64,000 nucleotides of DNA from Candidatus Hydrogenedentota bacterium (GTDB lineage: Bacteria > Hydrogenedentota > Hydrogenedentia > Hydrogenedentales > SLHB01): positions 224,001 through 288,000 of the forward strand of contig CAXXYE010000007.1 in NCBI GenBank assembly GCA_963674865.2, read 5' to 3'. Positions 59,567-64,000 of the stretch are shown here, piece after piece. The notes beneath the pieces were generated by a model, which was not told the DNA's origin, searched no databases, and saw only the letters and a list, made by a program, of their open reading frames with translations. Numbering within the stretch: the first letter of the stretch is position 1; each line of letters begins with the position of its first letter. The position numbers and the translations under genes were made by a program.

Positions 59567-61860
59567 TGGCTGGACCCCGTCATTTCGACCTTGGTGTACT
59601 CGCCCGGCCTGCCGCTCTCATCTCGATAAGCGATCCAAAGGCGGCGGGCCTTCGGCTCGAACACGACACTGCACTGGGTCGATGCGTTGAAGACCGCCGC
59701 GCCCGGCAGAGCGGCCGTCCCCTCATCCTGGATGGCCTCCTGGATCTCCGCCAAGCCGATGATACGCTCGCTCTCGAAACGCGCTCGTAACTGCTCGCAA
59801 CGAGCCTTGCTGATATCCGCGTGGGAGCCTGCGGCGTCCTCACCGCCCACCAGCATCCCATTCTCCGGGTGTTTCTCCTTGGCCGGTTCTCCTGACGAGA
59901 CAATGCACGTCCCCGGCAGCGAAGCCTGCGCCAGCAACACGCGGTACGCCGCCGTGCTCCCGAGGGCGGCCAACCGAGCCTTGACCTGCTCTATCGTCGT
60001 GTCCTCTTGCAGCGCGTCCCGCAAGGCCAGCGCCGCGGACGTACTCTCCAATCGCTCCGCGCAGACGACAAGGCCCGCGTCATTCATGCCCGATTGGATC
60101 CCCACTTGCCAGGGCGTACCGACGTACATAGACCGGTGTCCCTGCCTCGGGCGCACGGTGAAGACCATGGGGCGCGCCCCGGGGCCGCCGTCCCAATTCA
60201 TGCCGACGAGCACGTCATCGGCGCCTGCCCGATCACCTGCCACGGCGAGCAAGACCCCCGCGGGAGTGGAGGCGTCTTCGGCCTCGCCTCGCGCGAAGTT
60301 CCCGCCGCACTGAAGCAGCCACGCCGCGTCAAACGCTATCCCCGCGCCATCCGCCAGGCCCTCGACCTCCTCCTGGACGCTCGCCGATGCATCGGCGAGT
60401 ATCGGCCGCGCGAGTATGCCCATATAAGGCAAGGCCAGCGGACTGACATCGATGAACGGGGGCACACGGCGCCACCAAGCCTCCGGCGGCGCGAGTTCCC
60501 CGAACGCCACCGGTTCAGCCACTCCACTCTTGAAAGCGTCCTGAATCGTTTCCGCGCACAACGCCCCGCGTGCCCGGCCTACTTCATACGATGTGCCCCG
60601 CAGCCAGGCCAGAGTGCCTCCAGCGACCTCCAGCGATTCGGCTTCGGGATACTCGCGCTCGGCCTCCGGCCTCCCGAGCGTGAAGAGCGTTGCGAATTGC
60701 GTATAGAACCAGTCCTCGATGCCCGGCCCGAAGAAAGACATCGAGCGCGGCCACGTGTCAACCGTGTACGCCCCTCGGGGCGCGAAATCCATCAGGCGGC
60801 CGTTGGCATAGCCCACGCTGAACTGCGCGGCATAGCCCATCGCCAGCGCCCGTTTGCGGAGTTCGAGGGCAGTCTCGGCCCAAGGCCCGCCCGGAAAGAA
60901 GGCTATCGCGAGGTCGCCGATCTCGAGCGTTTGCACGGGGGCCGTGCTCGCAAGAGCATTCGACGCGAGCGTGGGGGGGAGCTGCACGCTCGCCGCGCCC
61001 ACGTGCAGCGTCGGTTCGCCGCACGTGATATCATTCGCAATCTCTTTCACCCGCACGGCGAGCAATTGGCCGATGGACTCCGTACGCGCCCATCCCACCT
61101 TATCCTCCGGATCCGCCGCATCCTGATCGGCCGCCCCGCCGTTCATAAACAGCGCGACGCAACCGGGATTCGCCAGCTTCTCCACGTGATCGCAGAAATA
61201 GCCCGGATAATCCGCCGAGAAGGTGAACTCCTCACCCTTGGGAACCGTGGCGGGCTGGGCCGCGAAGTTCGCGAGGATGGCGAGGGCGTTCCCGTCCGAG
61301 TCATTCACGCGCACCACCCCAATCTGCGGGTCGATGCCCCCCCCCGTACTGAACGCGTTTCTGGACAACACCTGCTGTGTGCCGGTGCCGTAGCCGATGG
61401 CCGCGCGCGTCCGCTTCTCATGCGCGTTGCGCATCGCTTCCGCGACCCCTTGCGCCGTTTTCTCGAGGACCTCCGGCACGAAACGCCCCGAGAAAGCACG
61501 AAATGCCAGGCGGCGGGACATGCCTCCGGGGCCGTTAAGCGTGTGCGTGGCGGTAAGGATGACGTGGACGCCCTGCGTCTGACGCGACACGAGTTCCAGC
61601 ACCCGCGAGCGCAACGCGGGGGGGATGGCCCACAAATCCAGCGAGACAAGGAACACCTTCGTTTGGCCGTCATCGAGATACAGGCAACGGGCCCAGATCG
61701 CGTCGTGAACCGCATCCGCGCCGCGCCCCAGGCGGCCGAAATCGCCATCCAGAGGCGTTCCCACGGGAGGCGTGATGTCCACCTTCGCCGCCCCGGCCTC
61801 GAGAGCGTTCGCATTCGCGCAAAGGCCCAGAACAAGCAGATAAAGGAGAAATTGCTTCAT
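59563..61860 (-). CDS. Neutral/alkaline ceramidase-like domain fused to a peptidase C45 (Ntn-hydrolase)-like domain; catalytic residues degenerate
   Basis: AGAAKVDITPPVG, HD.IWAR, ATHT, SADYPG; then EEVEGLADG, GMNWD and GMNDAGL. Signal peptide from ATG 61860. Confidence 0.82.
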   Translation of the reverse strand: MKQFLLYLLVLGLCANANALEAGAAKVDITPPVGTPLDGDFGRLGRGADAVHDAIWARCLYLDDGQTKVFLVSLDLWAIPPALRSRVLELVSRQTQGVHVILTATHTLNGPGGMSRRLAFRAFSGRFVPEVLEKTAQGVAEAMRNAHEKRTRAAIGYGTGTQQVLSRNAFSTGGGIDPQIGVVRVNDSDGNALAILANFAAQPATVPKGEEFTFSADYPGYFCDHVEKLANPGCVALFMNGGAADQDAADPEDKVGWARTESIGQLLAVRVKEIANDITCGEPTLHVGAASVQLPPTLASNALASTAPVQTLEIGDLAIAFFPGGPWAETALELRKRALAMGYAAQFSVGYANGRLMDFAPRGAYTVDTWPRSMSFFGPGIEDWFYTQFATLFTLGRPEAEREYPEAESLEVAGGTLAWLRGTSYEVGRARGALCAETIQDAFKSGVAEPVAFGELAPPEAWWRRVPPFIDVSPLALPYMGILARPILADASASVQEEVEGLADGAGIAFDAAWLLQCGGNFARGEAEDASTPAGVLLAVAGDRAGADDVLVGMNWDGGPGARPMVFTVRPRQGHRSMYVGTPWQVGIQSGMNDAGLVVCAERLESTSAALALRDALQEDTTIEQVKARLAALGSTAAYRVLLAQASLPGTCIVSSGEPAKEKHPENGMLVGGEDAAGSHADISKARCEQLRARFESERIIGLAEIQEAIQDEGTAALPGAAVFNASTQCSVVFEPKARRLWIAYRDESGRPGEYTKVEMTGSSQ

Positions 61861-61944
61861 TGCAATCGAGGATTCTTCCCAGACACGCGCCCACATCGTA
61901 GAGGGAAGTCTACCACAGCCAGGGACGGTGATGGTACCGACTCA

Positions 61945-62188
61945 GTAGGGCGGATTGTAATCCGCCGGAACGCAGCGCCACCTCCCGGCCGTTGTCCTTG
62001 TGCCGCCGCCATCTTGGCGGCAGTACCGAATTAAGTGTCGTGTCCCCGAGTTTCCCCGAGTTTCCCGCACCGCCGAGTTGCCTGCGCCTCCTCTTCGCGC
62101 GGTTCTCGCATTCCCTCTTGTCAATCATGTCAATCCTGTCCGAAGCTTGCAGTCCCACCGGAAACGGTACGGCGGATTCCAATCCGCC
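61945..62188. repeat. Cluster of REP-like hairpins
   Basis: GTAG-ggcggatt-gt-aatccgcc (61945), gccgcca-tct-tggcggc (62005), GTAC-ggcggatt-cc-aatccgcc (62167), plus a tccccgagtt duplication. Confidence 0.65.
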
Positions 62189-62215
62189 GAGATCCTCTTG
62201 GCCTCCAAGGGACAA

Positions 62216-62224
62216 TGTTATAAT
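62216..62224 (+). promoter_or_regulatory. Extended -10 promoter element
   Basis: TGnTATAAT, 32 nt upstream of ATG 62257. Confidence 0.55.
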
Positions 62225-62256
62225 CAGTCTGCCTATCGTGATCGGAGGAGAGCCTC

Positions 62257-62706
62257 ATGAACGACCTTCAGCCACGAAGACTCGCATCGGCCGTTGTCCT
62301 GCTCTCACTTCTCACCGGCTGCTTCTTTGTGCACGGTAAGACGGAAGCGCGGAAGACCATCTGTCAGGGCAATCTCAAAGAAATGGGCCTCGTACTCAAG
62401 ATGTATGCCCAAGATCACGACAACGCCCTTCCCGCCCGCCTGTCCGAGTTGTATCCCAATTACCTCGACGACCTCCGAACGCTCGCCTGCCCGAGCACGT
62501 CGAACGCAGGCCCCTTCAGCGGCATGGACCGCAGGACGATGCCGCCCGACGAGATCGATGCCGCCTCGGACTACATCTACATCTCGGGCCTTCGCTGGGA
62601 TCTCCCAGGCGACACCATCGTCATGTTCGATAAGCCCGGCAACCATCCCGACGGCCGTAACGTCCTATTTCTCGACGGCCGCGTCGAATGGCAGCCGGAG
62701 GGGTGA
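62257..62706 (+). CDS. H-X9-DG-motif protein (DUF1559/prepilin-associated type), lipoprotein-like N-terminus
   Basis: CQGNLKEMGL...MYAQD, LACPS and NHPDGRNVLFLDGRVE; LLTGC; GGAGGAG RBS. Confidence 0.88.
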   Translation: MNDLQPRRLASAVVLLSLLTGCFFVHGKTEARKTICQGNLKEMGLVLKMYAQDHDNALPARLSELYPNYLDDLRTLACPSTSNAGPFSGMDRRTMPPDEIDAASDYIYISGLRWDLPGDTIVMFDKPGNHPDGRNVLFLDGRVEWQPEG

Positions 62707-62764
62707 TGACATAGCTGCGCTCTGGCCGCCCTTGTGCCCACGGCCTCACTCCTTTCATCAACCC

Positions 62765-62793
62765 TTGACCGCATTCGAGCCGGGGCGTAAACT
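62765..62793 (+). promoter_or_regulatory. Sigma-70 promoter
   Basis: TTGACC-N17-TAAACT upstream of the HEAT-repeat gene. Confidence 0.6.
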
Positions 62794-62884
62794 AGATGTG
62801 GGGGTCAACGGACCGTGCGCGGGCAGGTCCAGTTGGCGGCCTCAGGTTGGCCTGGGGCAAAGGAATACCGAGGGAGATCGACTG

Positions 62885-64000
62885 ATGCGCAACAGCCCGG
62901 CCTTCTGCTTGCCAATGCTTCTTGCCTGCGCGGCCCTCTTGTTCTCATGCTCGCGGGAGCCTATGGCTCCGGAAGTGCGCCAAGAGCTTAAGCGGCTGGC
63001 CAAAGGGGAAGAAGAAGAGCGGCAGCGCGCCGCCCAGGCGCTGGGGAATATGGGCGAAGCAGCCTTGCCCGCCGTCCCCGCACTGATCCGCGCCTGTGAA
63101 CAGGACGAATGGGGCGTCCGGCTCTCGGCATGCACGGCCTTGGGCAAGATCGGCGACAGGCGTGGCGTGCCCCCTGTAATCGCCGTTCTGGAGGACAACA
63201 GAAACGACACGCTGAGTCGCCGGTGCCTGTGCGAGACGCTTGCTAGGCTGGGCGACCCGCGTGCCGTACGGCCATTGCTAAAGGCCAACATGGAGGACGC
63301 CAACCGGGTGGCGGGAGACATGGCGATACGAGCGATCGGATCTGCCGCCACGGAGCCCCTCCTTGAGGCAGCCGCCGACGATGCCGATCCCGATATCCGT
63401 TTCACGGCAATCGTTATGCTGCGTATGTTGATAGGACGTAACGTGATCGATCCGGCGGAGGATCCGCGCATCCTGCCTGCGTTCTTGCACGCCCTCAACG
63501 ATGACTCCAAAGTGGTCAGGGCCGCCGCGGCGCATGCCTTGGGACGCACACGTGATGAGGCGGCCGTTGAACCTTTGCTCGCCGCACTCCATGACGAGTC
63601 TTCCACCGTGCGGGCGCTGGCGGCAAGGTCGCTGGGGAGTGTCGGCGGGGCCCGCGCCGTAACGCCCCTGCTTGCTGCGTTGGAGGATCGTGAATCAGGC
63701 GTAGTCCGCTCAGCCGTTGTAGCGCTGGGGCGTATTGGCGATGCAAGAGCGCTCGATCCGCTCCGCGCAATGCTCGAGTCGGAGTACCGTCAAGACGTCA
63801 TCCAAGCCCTTGTGCAAATCGGAGATCCCGGCGTCTTTGATGCGATTCTCGATGATCTGGAAAGCGAGGACTCATCCGTCCGATGGCGTGTCGCCAGAGC
63901 CCTTACCAAGTTGGACGATCCACGAGCGCTGCCGCCCTTGCAGAATCTTCTTGAGGAGGAAGAGCCGCCCTGTGATCCCTTCGACATCTTCGCTGCGGTA
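62885..64000 (+). CDS. HEAT/PBS-lyase repeat lipoprotein, runs off window end
   Basis: Not in the ORF track. My translation is MRNSPAFCLPMLLACAALLFSCSRE...RQRAAQALGNMG...VRLSACTALGKIGD...VRAAAAHALG; open to 64000. Confidence 0.9.
   Translation, partial: MRNSPAFCLPMLLACAALLFSCSREPMAPEVRQELKRLAKGEEEERQRAAQALGNMGEAALPAVPALIRACEQDEWGVRLSACTALGKIGDRRGVPPVIAVLEDNRNDTLSRRCLCETLARLGDPRAVRPLLKANMEDANRVAGDMAIRAIGSAATEPLLEAAADDADPDIRFTAIVMLRMLIGRNVIDPAEDPRILPAFLHALNDDSKVVRAAAAHALGRTRDEAAVEPLLAALHDESSTVRALAARSLGSVGGARAVTPLLAALEDRESGVVRSAVVALGRIGDARALDPLRAMLESEYRQDVIQALVQIGDPGVFDAILDDLESEDSSVRWRVARALTKLDDPRALPPLQNLLEEEEPPCDPFDIFAAV

Noticed and set aside
61945..61970. tRNA-Tyr-like anticodon arm
   Set aside because: An isolated hairpin with no D-arm, T-arm (GTTCGA) or acceptor stem; it fits a GTAG REP.
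60007..62034. Long antisense ORFs (675 aa here; also 8966-10426, 15281-16726, 24254-25648, 33075-34271, 51721-52929, 62842-63606)
   Set aside because: Shadow ORFs opposite well-supported genes, expected in high-GC DNA; no motifs.

Overview
GC-rich bacterial chromosomal window. The gene content (H-X9-DG protein, malectin/Ig giant protein, DUF4091, DUF1080, Tat sulfatase, heparinase-like lyase) suggests a polysaccharide-degrading Hydrogenedentes/PVC-like organism; this is inference only. There are about 40 CDS, mostly carbohydrate-active, secreted or housekeeping, and I found no rRNA, tRNA or CRISPR. Main points: (1) A compositionally distinct island at ~26.1-30.2 kb carries an XRE HTH, a GHKL ATPase fused to a PD-(D/E)xK nuclease, a 5mC methyltransferase and Vsr. 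It is preceded by an orphan structured RNA-like leader ending in an intrinsic terminator. (2) There are three copies of a CTAG-bounded MITE, one of which splits a decayed duplicate of a neighbouring gene. (3) A 130-bp tandem REP-mosaic array carries a duplicated gene 3' end. (4) An orphan gene has a perfect sigma-28 promoter. (5) A coiled-coil protein ends in an MshEN domain with no ATPase. (6) A ceramidase/C45 fusion has both active sites degenerate. (7) Frameshifts cluster at 35.5-47.3 kb and are most likely sequencing/assembly indels. All family calls come from motif recognition by eye, not from database searches.
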